A stretch of 64,000 bases of DNA from Candidatus Bathyarchaeota archaeon (GTDB taxonomy: Archaea > Thermoproteota > Bathyarchaeia > Bathyarchaeales > Bathycorpusculaceae). A program made the translations under genes and the position numbers. Position 1 is the first letter of the stretch. Every line of letters begins with the position of its first letter. The notes beneath the pieces were generated by a model. The model worked only from the letters and a program-made list of their open reading frames with translations. It had not been told where the DNA came from and made no database searches. Shown here piece by piece: positions 39,361-49,066 of the stretch. Where the stretch lies: NCBI GenBank assembly GCA_963739305.1, contig CAVTZU010000036.1:11284-75283 (forward strand). The letters run 5' to 3'.

Positions 39361-40728
39361 TTGACCTGCATGTTTCGAAGGATTCACTTAGGAAGGATTC
39401 ACTTAGGAATCACGGTTCCGAAAAAAGGCTACTTGGCCGCGGGACTGCTGCTTCGACTGTTTCTAGCGCCTTTTCTGAGTCACCCGTTCGACATGAGGAT
39501 ATTCATGGCGGTGGGCGTAGCGGTGTCGCGAGGAGTGACCCCGTACGGTCAATACGTCCTCCAAGACCTGTTCGTAACAATGCCTCATCCCAACCTCTAC
39601 GGTGTGTTTCCGGGCATCGGTTACCCGCCGCTATGGGGTTTGATGTGCGGCGCAGCTTACGAGATTTCATCGTTCCTCGCTCCAAACAACCTTTACGCGT
39701 ACGTTCTTGCGCTGAAGATTCCGATAATCATCGGTGAGCTGGCTCTTGCAGTGTTGGTTTACAATATCTTGAGGAAGCAGACAAACGAGAGAATCGCGAC
39801 TGCGACCTACTTGCTATTCATTTTCTGTCCGTTCATCCTCGCTGTAGGCACGATTTGGGGCATGTTTGACGCCATCGCGCTTCTCTTCGCTTTGCTTGCA
39901 GCCTACGGTTTGCTGAACGATTGGAAGCTTTCAGCGATCTTCCTTTCTGTGTCCTCGATCCTGAAGGTCTTTCCACTGGTTCTCGTCCCACTGTACAGTA
40001 TACTGCTTTACAGGGCCATGCGAAAGTGGAAGCCCGCGGTTGCCTATGCTGGCTTCACAGTGGGCTTGACAGCTCTCTTCACTATTCTGCCTATGCTGGT
40101 TTTCAGCTGGCCCATATCCAACCTGTACAATGCCTTGGCATATCACGTGACGACCTCAGAGTCTACATACAACAGCCTTGCAAGTTTTCCCTATGGAGCC
40201 GCGAGCCCGTTCAACTTGTTCACTCTGGCGAGTAACTTGAGCAACGGCGCCGTTCAACCTCCTTCGGCGCTGATCTACCTCTGGATACCGGCGTGCATCG
40301 AGATCTACCTGTCGTTGTGGAGGGCACCCGCGAACCCCACGGTGCAGGCTTTTGGGGCCAACAAGGACTTCGCTTGGACCGTTCAATGGTCTCTTCTATT
40401 GTTGCTCATGTTTTTTACGACGCGGGTCTGGGTTTCCGAGCAGAACCTGATCTTTCTTTTCGCGTTTTTCACGCTGAGCGTCTTCCTGCAGCATCCGCAG
40501 GAGCTGGACCGAGTTCAGTTGTTGTGGCTTCTGCTGTTCATATTCGTGCTCGTACACGTGCCGATGGTGTCCTTCTTCTGGCTACCGGTTCCTTGGACGC
40601 TGACGGCGGCCAGCTCTTTTGCTGATGGACCCTTCGGGTGGACACGGCTGCTGCTGATGACCATCTTAACGTTCGGCTGGCTTGCAATGTGTTGGCACTA
40701 CAGCATCAAAAAGTTGAGGTGGCATTGA
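39361..40728 (+). CDS. GT-C fold integral membrane glycosyltransferase (GT87/PIG-M-like)
   Basis: HPFD, YPPLW, KIP.I..E, WG.FD, LK.FP; many TM segments. Confidence 0.75.
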   Translation: MTCMFRRIHLGRIHLGITVPKKGYLAAGLLLRLFLAPFLSHPFDMRIFMAVGVAVSRGVTPYGQYVLQDLFVTMPHPNLYGVFPGIGYPPLWGLMCGAAYEISSFLAPNNLYAYVLALKIPIIIGELALAVLVYNILRKQTNERIATATYLLFIFCPFILAVGTIWGMFDAIALLFALLAAYGLLNDWKLSAIFLSVSSILKVFPLVLVPLYSILLYRAMRKWKPAVAYAGFTVGLTALFTILPMLVFSWPISNLYNALAYHVTTSESTYNSLASFPYGAASPFNLFTLASNLSNGAVQPPSALIYLWIPACIEIYLSLWRAPANPTVQAFGANKDFAWTVQWSLLLLLMFFTTRVWVSEQNLIFLFAFFTLSVFLQHPQELDRVQLLWLLLFIFVLVHVPMVSFFWLPVPWTLTAASSFADGPFGWTRLLLMTILTFGWLAMCWHYSIKKLRWH

Positions 40729-41879
40729 TGAAGGTGTTGACGTTGCTCTTGCACGACGAGAGGTTCAGCGGCTGGACTCTGAGAGACAAGCTCACTCGCC
40801 ATCACTTTTCACTGCAGTACATGCAGCATTACAGGCAAAAGAACGCAGAGCCTCTGCTTTACACTTTCCATCAGCAAATCGACTCGAAGAAGACTTTCCG
40901 GATTGATAACGTGGGCACTGTGAAGGTCTTTCCGGTTGAGGTTCGTTTTCCGCCGTTTCTCCGCTTCGGCAACGATCACAACCCACGACAGATAACGAGA
41001 GAAATGCTTTCGGATCAGCCTGACCTGGTTCATTTTCACAATTACTACTTGGCTTCGTTTCCTTACGTGGCTGCTTTTGTCAAGAAGAAGCTGCGAAGAC
41101 CGTTGATTGCACAACTGCACGGGTACGATAATCGTTCACTTCGAAAATGGCTGTACCTGCCCTGCTTGCTGGCTTTGAGGCACGCGGATAAGATACTTTA
41201 CAGTTACGAGCCCGAGCGAGAAGTGTACCGAAAGCTAGGTGTCCTAGAAAGGGCGAAGAAGCTTCCTGTGCCTGGGGTTGATCCAGCGATCTTCAGGCCG
41301 GAGAGGCGGTTTCCGGCGCAGAGGTTCCTGTACGTTGGGAGGATTCCGGCTCCTGAAGCAGCGCATGGCGAGAAATCTCCGTATTTGCTGATTCAGATTT
41401 TGAAGAAGCTTCTTCACCGCTCGAAAGAGGTGGGGTTGGACATCGTGGGCGATGGTCCTGGGTTGCAGCGAACTCGTGAGCTCGTTAGGAGTCTTGGGAT
41501 CTCGGAGCATGTGGCGTTTCATGGTTACGTGCCGAACCGTGATCTGCCCAAGTATTATCATGCTGCGGCGTTGACTTTTTCGCCGATCCAGGTTTACGAT
41601 GTCGACGGATGGTTTGACGGTTCGATACAGGAGAGCCTCGCGTGTGGGACACCGGTGGCTGCCTTCAAGGCGTCGCGGAGAACGCCTTTGCATGGAACCT
41701 ATGGGTTCTTGTTATCGAATGACGCTGAGAGAGCGGCGGTTGAGCTGCACGGGCTGCTGAAGAGATCTGAGGATATGGATGAGGTTGCGGCGGAAGGTTC
41801 GCGTTTTGTGAGGGAGAATTGTTCTTGTGAAACCGTGGTTTCTGAGCTTGGGAAGACTTTGGAGAGTGTGTGCGGTTGA
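40728..41879 (+). CDS. glycosyltransferase family 4
   Basis: PDLVHFH, PGVD, FLYVGRI, IVGDGP, ESLACGTPV. Confidence 0.88.
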   Translation: MKVLTLLLHDERFSGWTLRDKLTRHHFSLQYMQHYRQKNAEPLLYTFHQQIDSKKTFRIDNVGTVKVFPVEVRFPPFLRFGNDHNPRQITREMLSDQPDLVHFHNYYLASFPYVAAFVKKKLRRPLIAQLHGYDNRSLRKWLYLPCLLALRHADKILYSYEPEREVYRKLGVLERAKKLPVPGVDPAIFRPERRFPAQRFLYVGRIPAPEAAHGEKSPYLLIQILKKLLHRSKEVGLDIVGDGPGLQRTRELVRSLGISEHVAFHGYVPNRDLPKYYHAAALTFSPIQVYDVDGWFDGSIQESLACGTPVAAFKASRRTPLHGTYGFLLSNDAERAAVELHGLLKRSEDMDEVAAEGSRFVRENCSCETVVSELGKTLESVCG

Positions 41880-42796
41880 AGTTGAGCATAATTGTTTGTG
41901 CCTATAATGAGGAGAAGTCGATTGGTCCTCTATTGGAGAACCTCCTGTTGCAAGATGTTCCTCCGGAGGTGGACGATCGTGAAATAGTCGTTGTTGCCTC
42001 AGGCTGCACGGACAGGACGGAAAGGGTTGTGGAGGAACGGGCTAGGATGGATCCGAGGATCAGGTTGATTTCCGAGCCTGAGAGGTCTGGTAAGGCTACG
42101 GCGTTGAACAAGGCGTTTGAGGCTTCGTCGGGTGGTTACATCGCTTTGATTCCGGCGGATGTTTTTCTCGCGGAGAACGCTTTGTTTAGTCTGCTTGTTC
42201 CGTTTAGAGATCGCGGTGTGTCGGCTGTGAGTGGTCGTCCGATGCAGGATCCTAATCGGGTTCCTGAGGGTTTCTCTGGTTACTTGGCGAACATGACTTT
42301 CAGGCTGTGGGCCAGGTTGATGTCGAAACTGAATGATAGGGGGGAGATGGCTCATTGCAGCGGTGAGTTTATGGCGATTAGGAGTGATGTGAAGACCGAT
42401 ATTCCGTGTGATTGCGCTGCGGACGATTCTTACATTGCTATCGCGGCGAAAAGGAAGGGCCACATCAAGTTTGCTTCGAAGGCTGTTTGTTACAATTTGA
42501 GGCCTTCAAACGTTGCTGATTACATCAATCAGAGACGAAGGTGGCTTTACGGGCATTTTCAGACGAAAAGGATGACTGGTGAGTACCCGACGGTGCTGGA
42601 CACCGTGGTCCTGTCGAAGCCTAGTGTGGCTTTGAGGGTTTTGGCTGAGGAGGTTACGGAGCAGCCGAGGACGGCTGGTTACCTGGCTTGTGCGATTCTG
42701 GTTGAAGGGGTTATTTATGCGCTGTCGATGTTTGATCGGCTTGTTAATCGGCGCTATGGTGTGTGGCCTGTGATCAAGTCTACAAAGTTTACGTGA
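41870..42796 (+). CDS. glycosyltransferase family 2 (processive type, QRRRW)
   Basis: AYNEE, GKATALN, ADD, QRRRW. Confidence 0.88.
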   Translation: MRLKLSIIVCAYNEEKSIGPLLENLLLQDVPPEVDDREIVVVASGCTDRTERVVEERARMDPRIRLISEPERSGKATALNKAFEASSGGYIALIPADVFLAENALFSLLVPFRDRGVSAVSGRPMQDPNRVPEGFSGYLANMTFRLWARLMSKLNDRGEMAHCSGEFMAIRSDVKTDIPCDCAADDSYIAIAAKRKGHIKFASKAVCYNLRPSNVADYINQRRRWLYGHFQTKRMTGEYPTVLDTVVLSKPSVALRVLAEEVTEQPRTAGYLACAILVEGVIYALSMFDRLVNRRYGVWPVIKSTKFT

Positions 42797-42807
42797 GTGT
42801 GCGTGTG

Positions 42808-43614
42808 ATGAGCAAACTGTGTGTTGTTGTTCCGACGTATAATGAGGCTGAGAACCTTCCAAGACTCGTTGGGCAGATCGAGGAGACGTTGCGTGGTTTG
42901 AGTTTCAAGCTGATAGTGGTTGACGACAGCAGCCCTGATGGCACGGCGAGAGTGGCTGAACAGTTGAATGCAGTGCACGGGAACATTCTCGTGAAGTCGA
43001 GACGTGCCAAGTCTGGTCTGGGTTCAGCTATTCAAGCAGGCCTCAGGGCTGCTCTGGAGATGGAGGACGTGGAGAGCGTCTTGACGTTGGACGCGGATTT
43101 GTCGCACGACCCTGGTGAGATTCCGAAGCTTCTCCGTGCGAGTCAGCAGGCGGATCTTGTTCAGGGAAGCCGGTACGTCGAAGATGGCAGAGCCGTTGGA
43201 TGGAGTTTCAGGAGAAGATTAGTTAGTTGTGTTGCTAACCTGGTTTGCAGGATGCTTCTGCGGATGTCGGTTCACGATTGCACGGGTAACTTCAGAGTCT
43301 ACTCGAGAAAGTGCGCTGAGGCGATTGTGAGTTCTGCGGTTGAGCGAGGTTTTGAATGGGTCGTTGAGGCTTTGTTTATTGCTAAGAAGCATCAGCTTGT
43401 TGTCAAGGAAGTGCCTATCGCCTTTGTGAACAGGAAAGATGGCGAGACCAAATTGAAGGGCAAGGACATCGTGAACTGGGCCTTCTTCACGGGGAAGAGC
43501 CTCTTTTCATTAAGACCGTTTTCCAGTATGCCCGTTCAGGTTAACAGTACTATTTGCAAGTCGTCGGCTCTGAGTGTGACGTTGACTGCGCCGCCTGCTT
43601 CTACGACGAAATAG
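42808..43614 (+). CDS. polyprenol-phosphate mannose synthase-like GT2
   Basis: PTYNEAEN, VDDSSPDGT, DADLSHDP, GSRY, DCTGNFR. Confidence 0.9.
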   Translation: MSKLCVVVPTYNEAENLPRLVGQIEETLRGLSFKLIVVDDSSPDGTARVAEQLNAVHGNILVKSRRAKSGLGSAIQAGLRAALEMEDVESVLTLDADLSHDPGEIPKLLRASQQADLVQGSRYVEDGRAVGWSFRRRLVSCVANLVCRMLLRMSVHDCTGNFRVYSRKCAEAIVSSAVERGFEWVVEALFIAKKHQLVVKEVPIAFVNRKDGETKLKGKDIVNWAFFTGKSLFSLRPFSSMPVQVNSTICKSSALSVTLTAPPASTTK

Positions 43615-44318
43615 ACGCTTTCCAGCAGGTCGCCTGGCTTGAGTTGCCATGCGTTGTTAATGCAGGAAGTTAGGTTCAGCTGGTAGCTTTTCCACTGGTT
43701 TTGGGACAGTTGATCGATCTTGTACTCGACCACGTCTCCGCCTTTGTAGATTATGTTGCCGCCTTGTTGAATGTTGCCCGATGGGTTGGCGAGAGCTGTG
43801 GGGCTGTCCCAGAGGTCCATTTCGGTGTAGACCACCGAGCTGTCGCTTCGTTGCACGGCGCAGGCGAAGGCGATACGTAGCCATTCGTTTCCAACGGTCA
43901 GGTCCGCATTAGCCAGGACGGCTCGAAAACTTGCCGCCACTTGAACTGGTCCTGAAGTGTAGAGGGGAAGTTTTTGTCTAGTTATGAAACTTGTTGTCCA
44001 CCATGCACCGGTCGCAATGTGCCCGGCTTCGTTTGCAGATGTTTTCAGGCGCATCTCTGTTTCATTGATGAATGTGATTGTCCAACTGGAAGCGTTCGTG
44101 AGCCCTACTGTATGCGGGTTCCAAACTTTCGCGTTCTGTTCAGGATTGAGTGAGAGGTCGCCATCGGTGTTTATCACTTCCAGGTTTTTTGACACCAAGT
44201 CTTTCTGTGAGAACTGTTGTGCTCCTCGGGTGGCGTTGCCTGAGACGGGAATGTTGGCCAACGATAGAGTTGGCAGACTCACTAGTATCATTAAGACTAA
44301 TGAGTAGTAGTTTCGCAT
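43536..44318 (-). CDS. secreted hypothetical protein (beta-rich, possibly carbohydrate-binding)
   Basis: Signal-peptide-like N-terminus; Trp/Asn-rich; 3' end overlaps the convergent GT2. Confidence 0.7.
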   Translation of the reverse strand: MRNYYSLVLMILVSLPTLSLANIPVSGNATRGAQQFSQKDLVSKNLEVINTDGDLSLNPEQNAKVWNPHTVGLTNASSWTITFINETEMRLKTSANEAGHIATGAWWTTSFITRQKLPLYTSGPVQVAASFRAVLANADLTVGNEWLRIAFACAVQRSDSSVVYTEMDLWDSPTALANPSGNIQQGGNIIYKGGDVVEYKIDQLSQNQWKSYQLNLTSCINNAWQLKPGDLLESVYFVVEAGGAVNVTLRADDLQIVLLT

Positions 44319-44947
44319 CTCTTCTGCCTTCTCCCGCCTGTGATGGTGATTGTTTTCGGGTTGTACGGGTGTACAATATGTACTGACCCGAACCTATATT
44401 CCAAGGTACTAGCGTTCTCGAGTGCCAATTAAAGCTTATTCCCAAAACCTATAGGAGAACTTTGGCGGCATTTGCGTCCCTGCAGAGTGTCATGCACTGA
44501 ACTCTAGTATGTCTAGATTCTAGAACGTGCTAATTTGGTTACAGGCTAAACCAATGCAGCTCTAATACAACAATCTTCTTAGCGGAGGCGTTTGAATGCT
44601 TGCAATGTTATGTGCCAGCTTTCATATTGCAGTTGCTACAATTAGGATGCCTGACGTAGGATCTCTGGTTCTCATTCCTCCAAAAATCATCAAAGAAAAC
44701 CAAATAGTTAAGAGGAGGATATGCCGATGCGAAGAGAACTGGAAACTTCGCGTGCGCGAAGTTTTAGGAAATCACGAAGCATAATGGAATAAACAGAACT
44801 TGACATTGCGTTCAATCTGCACGGAAATGGCTCGAGAATCGTATAGGCTTTGCGTCATTATTCTTGAATTTATATTTAAAATTCATAAGTGAGATATATA
44901 TACTGACTCATTCGCTTTTCACCACGGAAAATTGAAACGGTGACTCA

Positions 44948-46114
44948 ATGTCCGAGCAAGTTGTTCAACATACCTCCCAATACGCTGAATCACAGGTAGT
45001 CATAGATACTAAGGTGCAGCGCGAAGAGCAACAGCCGGGCGTCAAGATGAATATGAGGAAATACGTATGGTACGTCTTTCGACAATTCTACGAGTACAAC
45101 CACAGATATACGAGGCTAAGCACTCTACCTCAAATTGGAGAAATAGAACCAACCAACAACTGCAACTTGCGATGTCGATTCTGTTCAAGAGAGGCTATAG
45201 AAAAACATCGCGGCCTAGGATTCATGCCCTTCAAGAAGTTCGAGTACATCGTAAAAACCTATAGTAAACAGCTCATAAGCCCTGTTTTAGCAATGCATGG
45301 AGAACCAACTTTCCACCCTGATCTGCCACGAATGATAAAACTTGTTAAAGATCAAGGCCCGCACAGTGTTAGCATCACAACTAACGGCACTTTAGTTGAT
45401 GAAGATCTATTCATGAAGCTAGTTAATGCAGGGCTAGATGGAATGGAAATCAGTTTTGAAGGCACAGACAAGACGAACTATGAATATCAACGCGTGGGAG
45501 CGAAATTCGACGTTACAAAGAACAACATTCTGCGAATGTGTGAACTGAAAACTCAGTATCACTTACCGATAAACTTGGGGATAAACATCATTGACAATGC
45601 CATCACGCATGATAGACTGCCTGAATTCATAGCGTACTGGAGCAAAGTGCCTGGCTTGAACAGGGTGGATACTGGCAGGATAATAGACTGGGTTGGAACA
45701 CTGGACAAGAGCAGGTTCAAAGAACTTGTGCGAGAAGAAACTTACGCTCATCCTTTCAGCAAATTTAATGTGTGCCCGATCGCATGGTTCAAAATCGGCA
45801 TAGATTACAACGGTTGGGTAGTTCCCTGCTGTCACTGGCTCACCGAACCGATGGGAAACATTTTCGAAGAACCTCTAGAAACGATTTGGAACGGACCAAA
45901 ATACATTGCGTTTAGAAAGTTAATGCTGAAGAAAGGTCGCCATGCTCACGATTACTGTGCCAAATGCTGGGACGGAACCGTGAGGACTGATAGTCCATAC
46001 TTCCATAAACCTAACCGAGCCTTTCCGTTCACCAAACGGTTCTACCGCAACGTGAAAGTTTTCATGCGATGGTCCACACAGAAAGAGTATGCACCAATTA
46101 GAGGAATCATGTAA
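44948..46114 (+). CDS. radical SAM protein with SPASM/twitch domain
   Basis: CNLRCRFC, GEP, TTNG, CP..W, VPCC, GNI, CAKC. Confidence 0.9.
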   Translation: MSEQVVQHTSQYAESQVVIDTKVQREEQQPGVKMNMRKYVWYVFRQFYEYNHRYTRLSTLPQIGEIEPTNNCNLRCRFCSREAIEKHRGLGFMPFKKFEYIVKTYSKQLISPVLAMHGEPTFHPDLPRMIKLVKDQGPHSVSITTNGTLVDEDLFMKLVNAGLDGMEISFEGTDKTNYEYQRVGAKFDVTKNNILRMCELKTQYHLPINLGINIIDNAITHDRLPEFIAYWSKVPGLNRVDTGRIIDWVGTLDKSRFKELVREETYAHPFSKFNVCPIAWFKIGIDYNGWVVPCCHWLTEPMGNIFEEPLETIWNGPKYIAFRKLMLKKGRHAHDYCAKCWDGTVRTDSPYFHKPNRAFPFTKRFYRNVKVFMRWSTQKEYAPIRGIM

Positions 46115-46163
46115 GTCATGCTTGGCAAGTTTTCTTGACCTGAACCTGTTCAGTAGCGCGCGC

Positions 46164-46553
46164 TCATGAAATGAGGCGTGCTTGCCCTTTAGCCTCTGCC
46201 ATTGCAGTTTCTCTTAATATCCTGTCTGAGACTACGCGGAAGTATATTGTTTTTGAGTCTCTCCTTTTTGTCAGCCAGCCCATTCGAACTAGTTGGTTGA
46301 GGTAGCTGCTCTCCACTGCGCGGCTGCGACCGGTCAGGTCTGATACTCGTATAGAGTTGCATTCGCCTTTCGACGCGACGGTCATGTAGGTTTTTCGAAG
46401 GTTATCTGGCAATAGGAATAGCTCTGAGGGGGAAATCTTTAGAGGCGGAGGGTTCCAATTTGAAAAGGATTTTTCAATGTCGTCAAGGCGGTAGCGTACT
46501 TCCCGTATTTCTCGGAAGAGTTGATCAAACAGAGATCTCCTCACCAAGTTCAT
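46164..46553 (-). CDS. winged-helix transcriptional regulator
   Basis: LPDNLRKT, TGRSRAVESSYLNQLVRMGWL; GGAG SD. Confidence 0.8.
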   Translation of the reverse strand: MNLVRRSLFDQLFREIREVRYRLDDIEKSFSNWNPPPLKISPSELFLLPDNLRKTYMTVASKGECNSIRVSDLTGRSRAVESSYLNQLVRMGWLTKRRDSKTIYFRVVSDRILRETAMAEAKGQARLIS

Positions 46554-46638
46554 TCTCTCCCTTCGATTCTGTCTCCGTTAGGCCCAATGAATCTTCATGG
46601 GCATTTAACAGTTTTTGAGAACGGTTTTAGAGTAGTTA

Positions 46639-46689
46639 GCAAATTCTGTTAGGAAAACTGCAAAGTCTGGTTTGCAAAATTGCAAAGTC
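46639..46689. promoter_or_regulatory. phased direct repeats GCAAA(G/T)TC x3 in a divergent promoter
   Basis: At 46639, 46660 and 46682 (21/22-bp spacing) between the wHTH gene and the epimerase. Confidence 0.45.
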
Positions 46690-46778
46690 AAACTGGTAAG
46701 TCGTCTGCCTCCTCGTAAGCACGCGCGCAACCACTTTGATTTTTAAAGAAGAAGCCAAAATAGTGGTAAGCGATAAAG

Positions 46779-47759
46779 ATGTTGAAAAGCCGCAAAGTGA
46801 TCGTGACTGGTGGAGCTGGGTTCATAGGAAGCTATCTGGCAGAAGAGCTTTTGAGCAGAGACTGTGAGGTCACGGTGATTGACGATTTTTCCGCGGGGAC
46901 GATGGAGAACATGCAGCATTTGGTCGGAAACCCTTCGTTGAAGCTTGTGAAGGAAGATTTGAAGAGTCCGAGGCAGCTCGATAAGATTGTTGCGGAGCAT
47001 GATTTGATATTTCACTTGGCTGCGAATCCTGAAGTGCGTGTGGGGCAGACAGAGCCGAAAGTGCATTTTGAGGAGAACGTTGTCGTGACTTTCAACTTGC
47101 TTGAGGCTATCAGGCGGGCTGAAAAGGAGAAGACTTTGGTTTTCACGTCGACATCGACGGTGTATGGTGAGGCGTCTGTGATGCCGACTCCGGAAGATTA
47201 TGGGCCGTGCGTTCCGATCTCAACTTATGGGGCTTCAAAGCTTGCTTCTGAGGCGTTGATAACTAGTTATGTGCACACTTTCAATCATAAAGGATTGATT
47301 CTTCGTTTGGCCAACGTGATTGGTCCAAGGTCAAATCACGGCGTGATCTTCGATTTTATCAGGAAGATTGTTGCAGATCCTCGTAAACTTGAGATTTTGG
47401 GTGACGGAACGCAGGAGAAATCCTATTTGTACGTCACAGATCTGATTGGAGCCATAATGCATTTGACGGAGCATTGTCTTGAAAACGGTGGCAGGACTGC
47501 GATCTACAACGTTGGTTCGAAAGACAGGATGAGGGTCAAGGAGATTGCCAAAACAGTTGCGGCTGAAATGGGTTGTCCGAGAATACGTTACAGGTTTACT
47601 GGCGGGGTTGATGGTGGTCGTGGTTGGAAGGGGGACGTGAAGAACATGCAGTTATCGATTCAGAAGCTTTTGAGCACGGGGTGGAAGCCGCGGTTTTCGA
47701 GTAAGCAGGCGGTGAAACTCGCGGCTCACGAGCTAGCGCGAGAGTTTCGGGAAGATTAG
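46779..47759 (+). CDS. NAD-dependent epimerase/dehydratase (UDP-glucose 4-epimerase-like)
   Basis: TGGAGFIGS, HLAANP, STSTVYG, YGASK, GWKGDV. Confidence 0.92.
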   Translation: MLKSRKVIVTGGAGFIGSYLAEELLSRDCEVTVIDDFSAGTMENMQHLVGNPSLKLVKEDLKSPRQLDKIVAEHDLIFHLAANPEVRVGQTEPKVHFEENVVVTFNLLEAIRRAEKEKTLVFTSTSTVYGEASVMPTPEDYGPCVPISTYGASKLASEALITSYVHTFNHKGLILRLANVIGPRSNHGVIFDFIRKIVADPRKLEILGDGTQEKSYLYVTDLIGAIMHLTEHCLENGGRTAIYNVGSKDRMRVKEIAKTVAAEMGCPRIRYRFTGGVDGGRGWKGDVKNMQLSIQKLLSTGWKPRFSSKQAVKLAAHELAREFRED

Positions 47760-48180
47760 TGCGCGCGGTGGGTGGCTGATGTTGGGTGTTACATGATTTG
47801 GAAGACGCGCATGACGACTGTGGCCATCGGATAAGAAAACCCCAGAGCACCAACCTGTCCGTGATCTCTTTCTCCACCACTCCACTCAATCTTTTCCTAG
47901 CATATATTTAAACAATTCAGTATGAAACATCTGAGCAAATCTTCTAGAACATTATCCCATACTTTCTATAAGATATATAAAACTACTTACCAAACCCGAT
48001 ATATGCACCGCCGTCCTGACAGGGATACACAACCTACTTCTCCAACAAAACACAACATTCAACGATCGAGGCATGTGTGAATTCTTTGCACGCACTTCGA
48101 AGCAACCTTAACATAGAAGCATAAACCCTAGAACCTGTAACAAACCAAACAAGGCAATAACCAACGGAAGCCAACCACAA

Positions 48181-48708
48181 TTGTCCAAAAAACCCACAGA
48201 AGACGAACTGGACCAACAAATAATCCACACCGTTGAAACGACAAAACCCGAAAAACTTGCCAGTTACCTCACCTCAAAATACGCCTTCTGGTACTGGACC
48301 ACCATAACACTCACGATCGCAACAACCATAGTCGTATTCACCGTGCCCGAAAACGCGTACCCACTCGTCTACATAAGATACTCTCTAGGCATAATATTCG
48401 TCCTCTGGCTCCCAGGCTACACCTTCATAAGAGCACTGTTTCCACAGCACCTTCCATTCACGAAAGGCCCAGCACACACACTCGAAACCTCTGAAAAAGA
48501 CCTAGACACAATCGAACGCATAGCTCAAAGCATCGGCATGAGCCTAGCCCTCGTCTCAATAACCGGCTTACTCCTAAACTACACACCATGGGGCATCCGC
48601 CTAACACCGATAATCCTAAGCCTCCTTCCACTGACCATAATCCTCGCCACAACAGCCATGATAAGAGAATACCAAACCAAACCTCATGAACAGATTCCAT
48701 CTCAATAA
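48181..48708 (+). CDS. DUF1616-like membrane protein
   Basis: LPGY..ALFP, ER..SIGMSLA, LNYTPWGI. Confidence 0.75.
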   Translation: MSKKPTEDELDQQIIHTVETTKPEKLASYLTSKYAFWYWTTITLTIATTIVVFTVPENAYPLVYIRYSLGIIFVLWLPGYTFIRALFPQHLPFTKGPAHTLETSEKDLDTIERIAQSIGMSLALVSITGLLLNYTPWGIRLTPIILSLLPLTIILATTAMIREYQTKPHEQIPSQ

Positions 48709-48719
48709 ACCAACAAACT

Positions 48720-48858
48720 TCAACATGCAAAACCGCACAAAAACCACGCAAACCCCAACAAACAGCCCCCCACAAACACCCGCCAACAGTTCTACGCAAG
48801 AAAAAAAGGCCGGGGGGTAGGGTGTTTTAGAGCTGAAAACACTCAAAAACCATGCTGA
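48720..48858 (+). repeat. 139-bp dispersed element, copy 2
   Basis: TCAACATG...CATGCTGA ends; 49-bp core identical to copy 1. Confidence 0.85.
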
Positions 48859-49066
48859 CCAGTCCTTCATACGCACCTACGTTTCAGTCCAATTCACCTT
48901 TCTCAAGAACACGCCTGTTTCGCCGCAAGCAACAAGCAACGTTTATATCAAGAACTTCCCCACAAACCAACTCCAGAAACCACACAGCTCAACCCGTCAC
49001 AATTAAACATCCGTAGTCACAACATATCCTCTTCAAACGTGAAAACTCATCAGGACGTGACCGCAG

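Noticed and set aside
44596-44784. 62-aa ORF as a RiPP precursor for the radical SAM/SPASM enzyme
   Set aside because: Has GGAGG upstream but no leader/core features, and a separate promoter-like site lies between it and the enzyme.
48181-48270. Possible internal deletion in the DUF1616 N-terminus
   Set aside because: Rests only on my recollection of longer homologs; cannot be supported without an alignment.
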